Positions 51,486 through 64,000 of a stretch of DNA of 64,000 bases are shown here, piece after piece. This DNA comes from Epiperipatus broadwayi. Its lineage: Eukaryota > Animalia > Onychophora. The stretch's first letter is position 1. Each line of letters opens with the position of its first letter. Below the pieces are notes generated by a model. It made no database searches, was not told the origin of the DNA, and saw only the letters and a program-made list of their open reading frames with translations. The translations under genes and the position numbers were made by a program. The stretch is from contig JAQFVV010000002.1 in the NCBI GenBank assembly GCA_028023455.1, positions 10,912,001 through 10,976,000 of the forward strand, written 5' to 3'.

Positions 51486-53073
51486 AAAAGTTTGTATAAA
51501 TATAGAATTTGCTCTGACTTTTGGAAACTTATGTGTATTTTATTCAATAGAATATTTAATTTATTATTAACATAACTGTATTCTTTTTTCTTCAAAAAGG
51601 TATGTCATTTATTGTGATTCTTCACCTAAGATAATATTTGAAAAAAAAAATCAGAAAATACAGACTTTTAATATTTACTTCTTGCATCCTTTGAAAAATA
51701 AGTTTTAAACTATGCAATGTTTTACAAATATTTTTGTTTCAAGTTCAGCTTAACTTATTTTTGAAAATTTTTTTTTAAAAAAATTACATATTTATATTAA
51801 GACAAAATATAAATTACCTATTAAGAGAATCTTATCAATTTTAAGTACTTTTATTTTGATACTTTAAAGAGTTTGGTCTGCCTCTTTATGTAACATTAAG
51901 ATAACTTGTAATTTAAAAAATATCATGTTTGACTAAGTTCATATAATTACATAATATTGTAGCAACTTTATCAATTTTACTGCAATTTCATAAGATAGTA
52001 TAACAATTTGAGATGAATAGATAAATTATATTAAATAAAGTATATTGCCTACTTTGTTTGTTTATCTAAATGGTAAATATAATATATTGAGACATGCAAA
52101 TATTAAACTTTTTTTTTTCCAAAAATTATTTAACTTTATAAAAGTTTTGGATAATATTTTATGTTAGTTTAAAATAAGTCGCCATTGCTTCATCGGAAAA
52201 TGCATGCCTGATATCAAATAATATTAATTCGTTGAAAGCTGGTGATTTTTAGTTATCTTAAATGCTCAAAATATTTCTGTCTTTTTTTTTTTTAGAAATT
52301 GCTATAACATCAACTGAAATAATCTGTACTTAGATTAAAATTCACTATTATTTTTAGGCAACTAATTTTTTATTACATTTATTTTGTCTAGAAGCGTATT
52401 TTTATACATTAATATAATAGTTAATTATTAATAATTCATGAATCAACAATAAGATTAAAAGCAAGAAATTTTAATTATTTCAGACAATTATTTTAATATA
52501 CACTTGTGAAGTTTTAATTCAATACTTTTACAATTACTTTTTAAATAATATTCATTAAGGCTGTAGCCTCAAGCACATGCGTATAAAATGCGATAGTAGG
52601 GACCTCTATAGGTCTTAAAACCACAAGCTTACTCATTTTAAAAAAACATTTTAAAGAAAATAATAAATTATAAGTTCATTTGCAGAAGAATCAATATTGG
52701 AAAAAGAGATTTGTAAATTTCAATCAGTGATTTTATAGTTTATAAACAGAATTTTTTTAAAACATTCAGTGCTGCCTGTCAAATGATTTTTAGTTCATTA
52801 CTGACAGGTAATGAAAATTATAATCATTTTTATATATAATTTTTTAAAATTAAAGATCTGTTTTATAATATCATTACACATTTCTTTTAAGATAGCATTA
52901 TTATTTTTGCTTTTAATGATTAATAGACATTTTATTAAAATTATTATTATTGTGATGATGGCAGTAAACATTGATCTAACAGATTCCTAAGTATTTCAGA
53001 ACATCTCTATTCTTTTATGATTGATCAGTTTATTGGCAATTATAAATGAATTATTTAACCAAACATTATAATC

Positions 53074-54350
53074 ATTAAGACAATAAAGTCAATTACTCAA
53101 GGTTTTAATAGGTTTATAAATATGGATGATAATAATCAAACTGTAAGCTATCAACAATCTTAACTTTTAGTCAAGGTAACCTCCTTTAGCAATAAAGATG
53201 GTAGATACTACATTTATCTGTGGTCTGATATGTTTATTTAGACACTAAATATTGCAACTTGACCAATGAGTGTGAGATTAATAATGCAAAGAAGTTTAAA
53301 CAAATCTCATTAATCAGGCAAATATAACCTGTTCTCAAAACAGATTAATAAATTGTCATTTATAACTTTCAGATTCTGAAAGCAGACTAATAAATAATGA
53401 TTTATAACATCCAAATTCCATTTCAAGTATATATTCACTAAGACAGTAAAGCTGATTACTCAAGGCTTTAATAGATTTATAAATATAGATAATAATCAAT
53501 CCGTAAGCTATCAGCAATCTCGCCCTTTAGTCAATGCAATGAGATTTGTTTAAATTTCTTTGCACTATTAATCTCACACTCCTTGGTCAAGTTGTAATCT
53601 TTAGGATTTATATAAACATATCAGATCATAAACAAAGGTGGTATCACTTTTATTGTTAAAAGAGGTTGCCTTAACTAAAGGTTTAAACTGTTAACAGCTT
53701 AAAGATTGATTGTTATCATCCACATTTATAAACCTATTAAAGCCTTGAGTAATTGACTTTATTGTCTTAGTCATTATATACTTTATATGGAATTTAGAAG
53801 TTGTAAATCACTATTTATTAGTATGCTTTCAGAACAGGTTATATTTGTCTGATTAATGAGGTTTGTTTAAACTTCTTTGCATTTTTCATCTCACACTCCT
53901 TGGCCAAGTTGCAATGTTTAGTGTCTATATGAACATATCAAACCACAGACAAAGGTGGTACCATCTTTATTATTAAAGGAGGTTGCCTTGACTAAAGGTT
54001 GAGATTGTTGATAGCTTAAGATTTGACTATTATAATCCATATTTATAAACCTAAAGTCTTGAGTAATTGACTTTATTGTCTTAGTAAATATATACTTTAT
54101 ATGGAATTTGGAAGTTATAAATTACTATTTATTAGTCTGCTTTCAGAATCTGGAATTATAATAAATTATTTCTTAGGCTGATTTCAGAACAGGTTATATT
54201 TTCCTAATTAATGACATTTGTTTAAACTTCTTTGCATTATTAATTTCACATTTCTTGGTCAAGTTGCAATCTTTAGTGTTTATATAAACACATCAGTCCA
54301 TAGATAAAGATGTTACCACTTTTATTGTTAAAGAAGATTGGCTTGAGCTT
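53074..54350. repeat. Tandem plus inverted array of a 316-363-bp non-coding unit
   Basis: About 1.3 copies forward (53074-53534) and about 2.5 copies reverse (53538-54350), with the inversion junction at about 53535. Confidence 0.85.
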
Positions 54351-56199
54351 GAGTGTTGATTATTATCAATTATATTCATCATATTAATGAAATTAACTTG
54401 TTTTCTTTACCAAAGTGTTTTCATGAGAATACTCAAGAACAGTTTAAAAACACTAGATTATTAGAAAGATAACATCTAATGCAATATTAAAAACATTTTC
54501 ACCTGAGAATTAATTCATTGATTCCAAAAGATAATTTTAATTGAACTTAATTAAAATCAATAGCATTTTATAATTTTCAGTTTTGTGAAATTTAACAATG
54601 AAATTGCTAATTTAAGAGCTAAAAATTCCACATGAATATATTTTACAAGCAATGTAAATATATACCAATTTGAATAATTGTATTGAATCTGTTATATCAA
54701 TACCTGAATGGCACTTGATCCTGGGAAAAACAATTATGTGATTAATAATAACATATTTTACATGAACAAATGTAGTGATAATGATGTAATAGATGTGCAA
54801 CTTTGAGTATAGTTTTACATATTTTGTAATCTTTAAAATGTTATTTCATTTTTATTTATTTAAAAACATGTATAAGGAATATTAAAAAGAGAGAGCACAG
54901 AAATAAAAATAAATAAAGGAAAAGTAAAAAGGGAAGCTTTTTATATTTAAAAAAATTCTAATATGTATATATTATTTAAATATGATTTTTTTTTGCACAC
55001 AGTATTCATTTGTTTATTTTATTTTATTCCCTTCTTCCAACCAATAAAAAAAAAGTTCATTTTTATTTTTATCAAAATAAAATGTAACATTTTTTCCCCA
55101 TCCCCAGTTGAAAATGAATTTCAATTTATTTTATTTTCGTTGTAATTTTATCAGATAGAATCATTAATTTCAATTTTTATGTTTTTCAAGACTTGAAGTG
55201 ATCCCTGCTTTTATGGAGGCAAGCTTTTATTTATTAACTTTCAATCTTACTTGTTCTCATGATTATTATATTTTATAAACTGCATATTTAAATTGAATAA
55301 TTACACTCATTAGAAAGCTTATTCATAGACGAATTAAAATCTTGCATTCATTTTTCTTATATGACAAAATTATTTTGTAAATTTAAGAATTTTTACATGA
55401 CAAATTTATATTTAAAATATGTTTATATAATTAACTGAATTATAATTTAAAAAAAAAATAACGTGTCTTTTTAAATAATTTTAACGTTCTCAGAAATAAT
55501 ATTTCATAATTATAGAAAAATATAAATATAATCTAAATATAGTTCCTGTATGCATGTATATAAATATGACACTCTAGTTGATTTAAATATAAATCATCAT
55601 CATTATTAACTGTCCTTCATAAACTAGTATAGTCATCTAACTTTTTATGAAAAATTTTTTTTTAAAAAAAGGATCAAGTTAGATGTGAATAAATATGTTC
55701 AAATCAATCCATAAACACAAATACGTTCTCATACAGCATGTTTCTTGTACAACTTCTTTTACAGTAATTTTTTTTTGAAAGATTTAAGTACATTGCCTAA
55801 TTAGAGCTTTCTATTAAGTTTTATCCACAGCTACTTTTTCCAGAACAAGTAATCAATAAAATGTCTTTGAGTTAATATTTATAATATATGTAGTATCTGC
55901 TTTCTTCACATAATGCATTTCTATTTACTATCCATTTGTTAATAAATCTATTACTATTCATTCTCTTTACATACCCAATCCAGTGATATGTCTCCCAATA
56001 AATATATTTAATATTATCCTATCCAGCAAGAAAACATACCAATTGATTATAACTTGAAGAAATACAGTGGAGCTGCAAAATGTGCTATATTTTGTTCAAA
56101 ACCCCCCTCATATTCAATGCATATAGCACATAGTAACTTACATTTTGGTGATAAAGAGTGATTAGAATAGAAAATCTATTGTTTATTAATATGCAAGTG

Positions 56200-56990
56200 T
56201 GCAGTACTTTTCAACATATATATATAATATGAACCCTTTTTTATGTGCATAGTAATAATATCAATGAATATCGTAGTATCAAAAATAAATTGAGAGATTA
56301 CATTTCAAGATGATAAAATATTTAATGTTAAAGTATATGTTAATGACTTATTGAAAATGGAATATAATAGAAAAAATGTTTTAAGTACATTATCTAAGTT
56401 TAGAAACAGTTGAAGGAAGGATAATAGAGAAAACATGTATAGCATTACCTTATATAAATGACATAGGGTATAGGGGGATTACTTCTTTAGTGTTTGCTCA
56501 TTTTAATGTTGCATTTGAGGTTGGTCTAAATACTGGAAGATTGATTATTAATGGAAAAGATTGTGTTGATAAAATCAATACATGTAATATTATTTATAAA
56601 GTGGTATGCCATTGTAGATATAATTATATTGGAGAGACTAAATATGCATTAAAAAAAGAGGATTCAGGAGCATGAATTATTATATAATAAATTGTGTCAT
56701 TATGTGGATAGATATCTGTTATTGCAGAGCATCCAGTGATTTCTACTTTGATAGTGTTTTTGTTTTATATGTGGAAAAAATCATGAAGAAAAGAAAAATT
56801 AAAGTCATATTTTATAAATATTACAGACAATGTGTTGAATAAACAATGTCATTGGATGAGTATTCAGAGTTTGTGGAAAGTTAGCCATTCATGTGAAAGT
56901 GTTACTGTTATGTGATTATAATGAGATTTACATTTTAACAGATGGCAGAAAATGCTGTAAGCTGGCTATAGCAAAGATTTTATTTGTATT
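56200..56990 (+). mobile_element. Decayed Penelope-like fragment (thumb, GIY-YIG, 3' end)
   Basis: CNIIYKVVCHCRYNYIGETKYALKK(R)IQEH and IFNVKVYVNDLLKMEY parallel PLE-B. A possible eroded HHR (GATG GCAG...CTGT AAGCTGGCTA) lies at about 56940-56970. Confidence 0.75.
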
Positions 56991-57757
56991 TTATATAGGC
57001 ATATGGAATTTTTTAGTATTCTGGAATATTTTGATTATTATATTTTACTGAATCTGTGTTTACTCATGTATTGACTGAAGCAATAAGAATAAAAAAGAAA
57101 AGCTAATTGCCATGTTTTTCTTTTTAAAATGAAGTAAATAGTGAAATGTCTGACTTTCATAGTTAGTAAATATGCTCTAGGCAATATTATTTTTTTCAAT
57201 AACTTTGTTCTTATAGAAACATAATAGTGATTTTATTAGTAAGAAATTAGAACTCTATAATTATTTTGATGTTTTTAAAACAGTATTAATTTTTAGTATA
57301 TGTTTTATAATTTTGTACTTGTTTTAATATTAAGCTCAAAAAATATTTTATTATACAAAATATAGCTCATCAAATTCAAGGATAATAAAGGAAGAATAAA
57401 ATGTATATGCTTTCAATATAAAAAGAAATTTTTTTTATTAGTATATATAATTACTTAAGATGTTCAGAGAAGAAAAAATGACTGCAGAATATTGTAAAAT
57501 TTGTGAATTTTAATGGGTTTTTTATTTGTTTATTTAATTTTTGCTTGTTTGTTTACATTTTTCTTTGGTTAATATATCATTAAAGTCAAATTGTCAGATA
57601 TAAATAGTTTGTGGTTTCACTGTATTCATAAATAAATTTTTTTATTAATTTTATACTAGATGTTATTTACTAAAATTGATGGAAATCACTATTAAAAATT
57701 ATATTATTCCTACTGTTGCTTGTCTATACACATAAATAATTGTTAAAAATAATAAAA

Positions 57758-60440
57758 CATCATTATCATCATCATTTTCAATTATTAAAATTCTCTGAAG
57801 GATTGTTTCTTCAAGTTTAATCCAGTTTCTTCAAATCATAATCTTTCTTCTCTACATTATACCAACAAACTTTTTTATATCATTCATCCATCTCACATGC
57901 AATCTGTTTTTAAATCTTTTACAGTTTCTTTGAATCCAAGTTTATTACTTCAGGTGTCCACTGGTCATTGTTTCTTTGAATAATATGTCCAGACCAGCTC
58001 CATTTAAGTCTGCTAACTTTTTCAGTGATGTCAATAATATTGTTTGTTATCTTATCCAATATTTCCCTTTTGATCCCATAATGATTTGATGCCTCTGCAT
58101 TGATTCTATTAATTGCCCAAGTCAGATTCATAAGTAAATACTGGTAAACAATTCTGTTAAAAAACATTTCTTTTCAAATACTTGGACAAATTTCCTTTTA
58201 ATATTGTTATTTTTCCAAAAGCACTTCATCCAACTTTATGTCTATAACTAATTTCATATATTATGTTTTTATCTGAAGTAATAATTTGGACAATTCTAAT
58301 TCATTATTAGCAATCTTTACTTTTTTCCTTCTGAAAAAATCCATTTAACATTGATTTATTCTTTTTCAACTTTTATCCTTAACCCTACTTTATTTTCATC
58401 AGATAATCTGCAAAATCTAAATGGTTTAAATAAACGCTATGTATTTTATTCTTTAGTTTCTCATTTTAATCCATAAAACCCTTGTAAAACTGTTAAAAAA
58501 GTTTTATAGATATGGAATAACCCTATCATAAACTTTCATCAATGTTAATCTTCTTAGTGTCATCTATTTATTAAGTAATATAATTACTGCTATTACATTT
58601 TATTCAATATCCTTCAAAATATGCTAATATCCTGGTTCTATATTTTGATGATTTAGGCTTTAATCATTTATATAAATGCTCATAAAATCAAACGCATTTC
58701 ATAAACTATAAATCCAAAGCTTAATGGCAATTAATATTCATTGGCTCTTTCTATAACTGCTCTTGATACTTGTATGTGAATCACTGTTTTAAATCCACTT
58801 TTAAATCCAACTTAGGCTTTTGATTGAGTTGAATCCAGAATTTTTTATAGGCAAGTTATAATTATCTTGGTAAATATTTTGCATTATTAGTGGAAGATTG
58901 ATAGTTATGTAATTTCTAATATTTTCTTTATCATCTTTCTGAAATATATTACTATTGCACTCTTCCAATCATTTGCTATTTATTTATTATTTAAACATTT
59001 AGTATAGTTTTTCCAATAATCATCTGATTCACCAAAACATCCATTATAATTTTATAATTTTTTCATGTTCTTCCTTTTTTCATGTTTCACCATTTTAATA
59101 CAATTCTGAGCAATCTTTTCTTCTTATTGATAAAATAACCTTTTTTTTTTTTTTTTAATACCAAGAGAGTTTTATTGTTTTAAAACTTTTATTCTTTTCT
59201 ATAGCATTCTTTGCCTATCAATTTACAGTTATATTTTTGTATAACATTATTAACTTTTTTATACTATTTTATAGAAGATCCTAAATCTTTTTATACTACT
59301 TCTGTTCTTTGTACATTCTCAGATCTTAATATAATATTAGTTACCTTCTTATTGATTTCAATCAAGTCTGACCCATCTTCAAAATCTATTCATATTTTAA
59401 AACAATTTGATAAGTACTAATTTAAACTCACTAGAGTATTTACTAAGGTTAGGAATATCATCTGATGATATTCTTTCTTTTTTAGTTTTTATTTCTCTAG
59501 TTTTGCATCAACATGTATCTTACATCTCATTAATCAATAGTCACTTCCTTGACTGAATCTATTAAAATCCTTATAATGTTGAAAATACATATTTTCTTTT
59601 AGCTAAAATATAATCTAATTTTGCTGCATAATGTGTTATTTGGTTGTTTTTACATTCATTTTTATTCAGGGAAAAAATCATAATATACAGTTTTTCTTTT
59701 TCTGAAAACTCCATAAGTTTATGTCTGTTCTCATTTTGTCATCATAACCAAATTTACTACTAATTTTTTTATCTTTCACTTATTTACCCCTTCTAGCATT
59801 AAGGTCTTTTGTATAATTTTCAAAAATTCTTGATATGATGGAAAACATTTTATATATCTGTATAAAGTTTCTACTTCTTCATCATAATACAAACTTGTTG
59901 GGCTACTTTCCATTATTTTGAAAAAGTAATCACTTTCTTTTATAAAAAAAGACTGTCCTTCCACTTTTAATTTATAATGAAAACCCACTTCATGTGTTCT
60001 TTCAATATTTGTATGTTTCTTCACCTTTTCATCTAACTTTAGAAAGTCCAATTTAATATTAGACAAGTTTTCCAATTTATGCAATCTTCATACACTTGAA
60101 AGTAATCTGTAGTTGTATGTAAAAATGGATGTCATTGAATGGCATCTTCTGTTTTTGGCCACGACCTTCTATTTTTGCTTATGACTTTGCAGTCTTATAA
60201 TAATGAAAGCCTTAATTTAGTTTTTTGTGTAATGGTTGTTCATATTAATTTAAAAAAATTATTCATGCACATATTCAGTCTGCTTTCAGAAGATTTGATC
60301 TTTCAGTTAAAAACTATCAGGCAACTAAGAAGAAAGAGCATGATGATTTTTGTTTTTATCTCAGAGCTAAAAAGTCAATAACCTTCCTGTACTGGCTGAT
60401 GCACGTTGATCAGCAGTCCATCCATGTTTGCATATCATAT
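57758..60440 (-). mobile_element. Near full-length decayed RTE-clade LINE (APE endonuclease plus RT)
   Basis: APE remnant SSPTSLYYDEEVETLY (ORF 59776-60084). RT remnants VGFKSGFKTVIHIQV...ERANEY and LNHLDFADY; C-terminal RLKWSWSGHIIQRNNDQWT (ORF 57919-58167); (GAT)n tail at 57758. Confidence 0.88.
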
Positions 60441-61462
60441 TTATGATCATATAGTAATAACTTCTGCAATAACTGGAAGAATTTAAATGTACATTAAGAA
60501 TTTGCTCTACTTAGTTCTTTAAGATTTCAAAGAGAAATCAAATAATTCCCTTTCTGTTATTAAAGATTCTTTTCTGCAGGAATTAGAACATGCAGTGCAA
60601 TATATTTATATTATTAATCATTTCTATAAGTTATGACTTGAATAAATAATATACACACACATATATATATACTCACACATATAAAACACTATAGTTTTCA
60701 ACCATAATCACATGAAAACCCAAGTAGTTACCATTCAACTATTCTACAAGAAATATAAAAACAAATATTTATTATTTCAACATTAATATAAAACTTGACA
60801 ATTTTTAAATCAGGATATGTTTTCAAAATTTATTTTGCATAAAGCTCTAAAGAGTTGCAAATGTTACATTTAATAGTCATTATTTATATTCATACTCAGT
60901 TTTGATTTAATCACATTCATATCTAAATATGCAGTTTCAGTTAAAAATATCCAGCCAAAGCATAATGGAATTTTTTTGAACAACATTTGTTAAAGTTACG
61001 TTTTTCTCATTTACATATTTTCAATGCTTTCTATTTCATTAATGGCTTAAAGTATATCATATAGTATGTGTTCTCTATTTCCATTAGTTAAATATATTAT
61101 TCCACACATATTTTTTAAACATGTTTTAAAAATGTGTTTAATTATAATGACAATTTTTTAATAATATAATTCAAATCATGAAATTTGAATGTTATTCATT
61201 TTTCACTGAAATTTTATAAAACAAATTTTAATTTAATATTATTCTCATAGTTAATTTATTATAAGTGATAAGGATTTGATGCAATGCTAGATATCACAAT
61301 CCTTGGATTACAGCATAGACTTATTACTTCCACTGTGTGAACTTCTTATGAATTCTTGAGCAATAAACTATTTAATTTATTTTTATAAGAAACAAATTAT
61401 TTTTAAATTTCAGACTTAAAATTATTTTAAAATATATATTTTGTCTTATATTTACTGTTTAG

Positions 61463-61603
61463 ATAAATTGTTTGGCTGTCTGTCATAGTAGTGACTATGT
61501 GATCCTAGGTTGTGAAGATTATAAGGTATATTTATTTGATGTCATCACCAGAGAGCTTGCCCAGACATTTGAAGGATACTCAGCCAGTATTGTTGATGTT
61601 CAG
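61463..61603 (+). CDS. Internal coding exon of a WD40-repeat host gene
   Basis: tttag| 141 nt |gttagt, phase 0-0 with no stops. INCLAVCHSSDYVILGCEDYKVYLFDVITRELAQTFEGYSASIVDVQ follows the WD40 pattern (xGxEDxxVxLFD...TFEGx). Confidence 0.75.
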
Positions 61604-61868
61604 GTTAGTAATAGATTTTATTTCTAATCACTGTCTGTTTTAAATAAAAACATTATTTTTATAAAGACATATTTAGGGAATAAATTTTGATTAAATGTGT
61701 TCAATAATTGAAGTTAAATTTGTATAATAATATAATATAATGTAGTGATTATTTAAACAAGACATTTATTTTATATAGCACAATGTTTTATAAACTGTAA
61801 TATTAATAAGCCAATAAGCTAATGCACATGCGCTTTGTAGATGTAACTATATAAATGAATACTCCCAC

Positions 61869-61969
61869 TTTCCAAACACAAGATAAAGTCTTTGGGAAAA
61901 GGTAGAATGAATCCATCTATCTTTTCGACCCAAACATTTATGTATGGACAAATCTTAAGTGTTTGGAAA
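61869..61969 (-). ncRNA. Type I hammerhead-like motif, mutated copy (G5T)
   Basis: Reverse-complement copy of 62294-62394 with core CTTAAGA. Confidence 0.55.
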
Positions 61970-62293
61970 TGAGAGCATGAAGATGTTAATTGATCACTTT
62001 AAATTACTCTTTTACTATGTGAATGAATGACACTTGCGAAATTTCTAGAATTTATGATACGTCATTCTTATTAAATTAAACATATGTAAATAAGACATTT
62101 ATTTTATATAGCTTATTGGCTTATTAATATTACAGTTTATAAAACATCACACTATATAAAATAAATGTCTTGTTTACATATATTTAATTTAATAAGAATG
62201 ATGTATCGTAAATTCTAGAAATTTCGCAAGCGTCATTCATTCACATAGTAAAAAAGTAATTTAAAGTGAGCAATTAACATCTTCACGCTCTCA

Positions 62294-62394
62294 TTTCCAA
62301 ACACTGAAGATTTGCCCATACATAAACATTTGGGTCGAAAAGATAGATGGATTCATTCTATATTTTCCCAAAGACTTTATCTTGTGTTTGGAAA
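62294..62394 (+). ncRNA. Full three-helix type I hammerhead-like motif with non-canonical G17
   Basis: Helix I TTTCCAAACA/TGTTTGGAAA (10 bp), core CTGAAGA at 62304-62310, helix II GCCCA/TGGGT, CGAAA at 62336-62340, helix III AAGATA/TATCTT. The residue at the cleavage position (62384) is G. Confidence 0.65.
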
Positions 62395-62735
62395 GTGGGA
62401 GTATTCATTTATATAGTTACATCTACAAAGCACATGTGCATTAGCTTATTGTCTTATTAATATTATAGTGATTATTGTAAGAATTAACTTTTAATAGTAA
62501 GTTGCAAAATAAAAAGTGCAGTTGTTTATCTGAAAATTTGTAATAATAGCATTTTACTTGTATTTATATGTTGAAATATTTTCAACATCTAGAATTTATT
62601 GTTAAATGTCTACAGAAAAATTGTCACTTAATTTAAACTTTTCAAATACACCCATTTAATAATATAATAACACACAGTGTATAACATTTGTATTTTCTAT
62701 GATGTTTTTCTGATATTTTGGAGTTGCCTAGTCAT

Positions 62736-62900
62736 TGACAGTACTAGCATAGAATAAATCCTGGAATCTTTAGAATCTTGAATATTAAACTTAAGAAAAC
62801 ATTCTAATCATATTTATAAATCTAAAAATACCATGATTCCTATAGTAGTACTGTCACTAATTAAGCTAAAAATTCCTGAAGAAGAGAGAAAAATAACATT
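62736..62900. mobile_element. Rearranged head-to-head fragments of the tRNA-Leu-like/HHR SINE family
   Basis: tgacagtactagcat...tagaatcttgaatattaaacttaag matches 22966-23030 in the same orientation. gtagtactgtcact...cctgaagaagagag matches it in the opposite orientation. Confidence 0.6.
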
Positions 62901-64000
62901 AAATTGTTATATATTGTGTTCTATTATTAATAATTAAATGTACTTGAAAAGTTTGTTAGAATTTTTCTAAAGACAGTTAACAGTTAATTGTAGATGATGA
63001 AAATAGTCCATCATGCAATTGCAAAAAGTATAGTTATATATCTGAGCACATTATTATTACAAAATAGATACATGGTTAATTTAATATCTTTAGCATAATT
63101 TTCATTGGGTAAACGTTTCTTACAATTAGTAGATAGCATATCTGCTGCTATATCCCTGACAGGAGTTTCAATCCATATGAGATAAAACTTTGAAGCTTTT
63201 TAAAGTTATGAAAAGACAGGATTTTCTTCAGGCAGCTAACTAATTAATGATATGTATCTAGCTATTCTTAGCTAGTAAATAAAAAATTGAAAAATATTTG
63301 TATTCTTATTAAACAAAATATTATATTTTTATATACATTTTTATTTGTGGCAAAGTTTGAATTTGAAGTAGTTTTTCTCATAGTATAATTTTATAATAAT
63401 CTTTTAAAAAAAGTTAAATATTTATTCTGCCATATTTGGAAGTTGATTTCCAACTCAGAACAAGTTTCCATTTTTATTAATAACTCATGTTATTTGAGAT
63501 TAAATTTATAAACTTCTCTCAAAATGAGGCAGTTATAGCATTCAGAAATCAATAAACAATTCAGTCATGGTTATTAATAAGTTTGTCTCATTTTTGAAAT
63601 AAACATGATTCATTAATATCTGTTATGTAATACCTTCTACTTCATTGTTCATTCTTGGAAAGAGTCAATTAAGAAATTTTTTGTATCAGTCAGTCTTTCA
63701 CTAACTTAAAGTATTATATTTTTTATTAATAAATATGGACTTGAGCTTAACAAATCATATACTTAATAAGATAAAAATCAATACTCAAACATTTTGTGGA
63801 TTGCCAGATTTAAATACTTTGGTTAGATGTTACATTTTATTAATATTAAATACTTCTAAATGTATTTGATTTTTATAATTAAATAAATAGTGAAATTGAC
63901 AACAAGCAGTCATCTTTATGTGAAATATTAACAAATATTTCTCTGCTTATCAATCCAGATTTTTTTTTTCTCACTAAATTACAATTTTAAACTTCTCAAT

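Larger units (their letters stand above)
61755..62469. mobile_element. HHR-bearing non-coding element: about 333-bp unit in partial tandem plus inverted arrangement
   Basis: aagacatttattttatatag at 61759 and 62092 (period 333). From about 62110 onward the sequence is the reverse complement of a permuted unit, with TAGC microhomology at the junction. Confidence 0.88.

Overview
AT-rich animal (invertebrate-like) genomic DNA, mostly intronic or intergenic and packed with decayed transposable elements. Nothing here looks prokaryotic and there is no CRISPR array. DNA transposons: several hAT derivatives (KIAA1586-like and GTF2IRD2/SPIN-like transposase pseudogenes, a Charlie-type MITE with 8-bp TSD, and a Charlie/Buster deletion derivative with a nested young TA-TSD MITE). 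Retroelements: Penelope-like elements (RT + GIY-YIG; one as an inverted pair, one 5'-truncated with a 427-aa ORF, one fragment), a decayed Gypsy, a near full-length decayed RTE LINE, a REL-endonuclease non-LTR relic and three tRNA-Gly(TCC)-derived short SINEs. Host-gene signal: one convincing exon (WD40 repeat, 61463-61603, +), a few weak exon candidates, and a CpG-retaining promoter-like patch at about 24.2-24.55 kb. The most notable signal is a set of hammerhead ribozymes (HHRs) read by eye. They occur in the 3' ends of the Penelope copies and in three distinct non-coding repeat families (11.6-12.6 kb, 22.9-23.06 kb, 61.8-62.5 kb). Two of those families also carry a tRNA-like Pol III promoter, and all show the inverted and/or partial-tandem layout typical of Penelope integration. 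The inference is a Penelope-dependent community of SINE-like retrozymes. All calls are manual, with no database searches or folding computations; boundaries of decayed elements are approximate.
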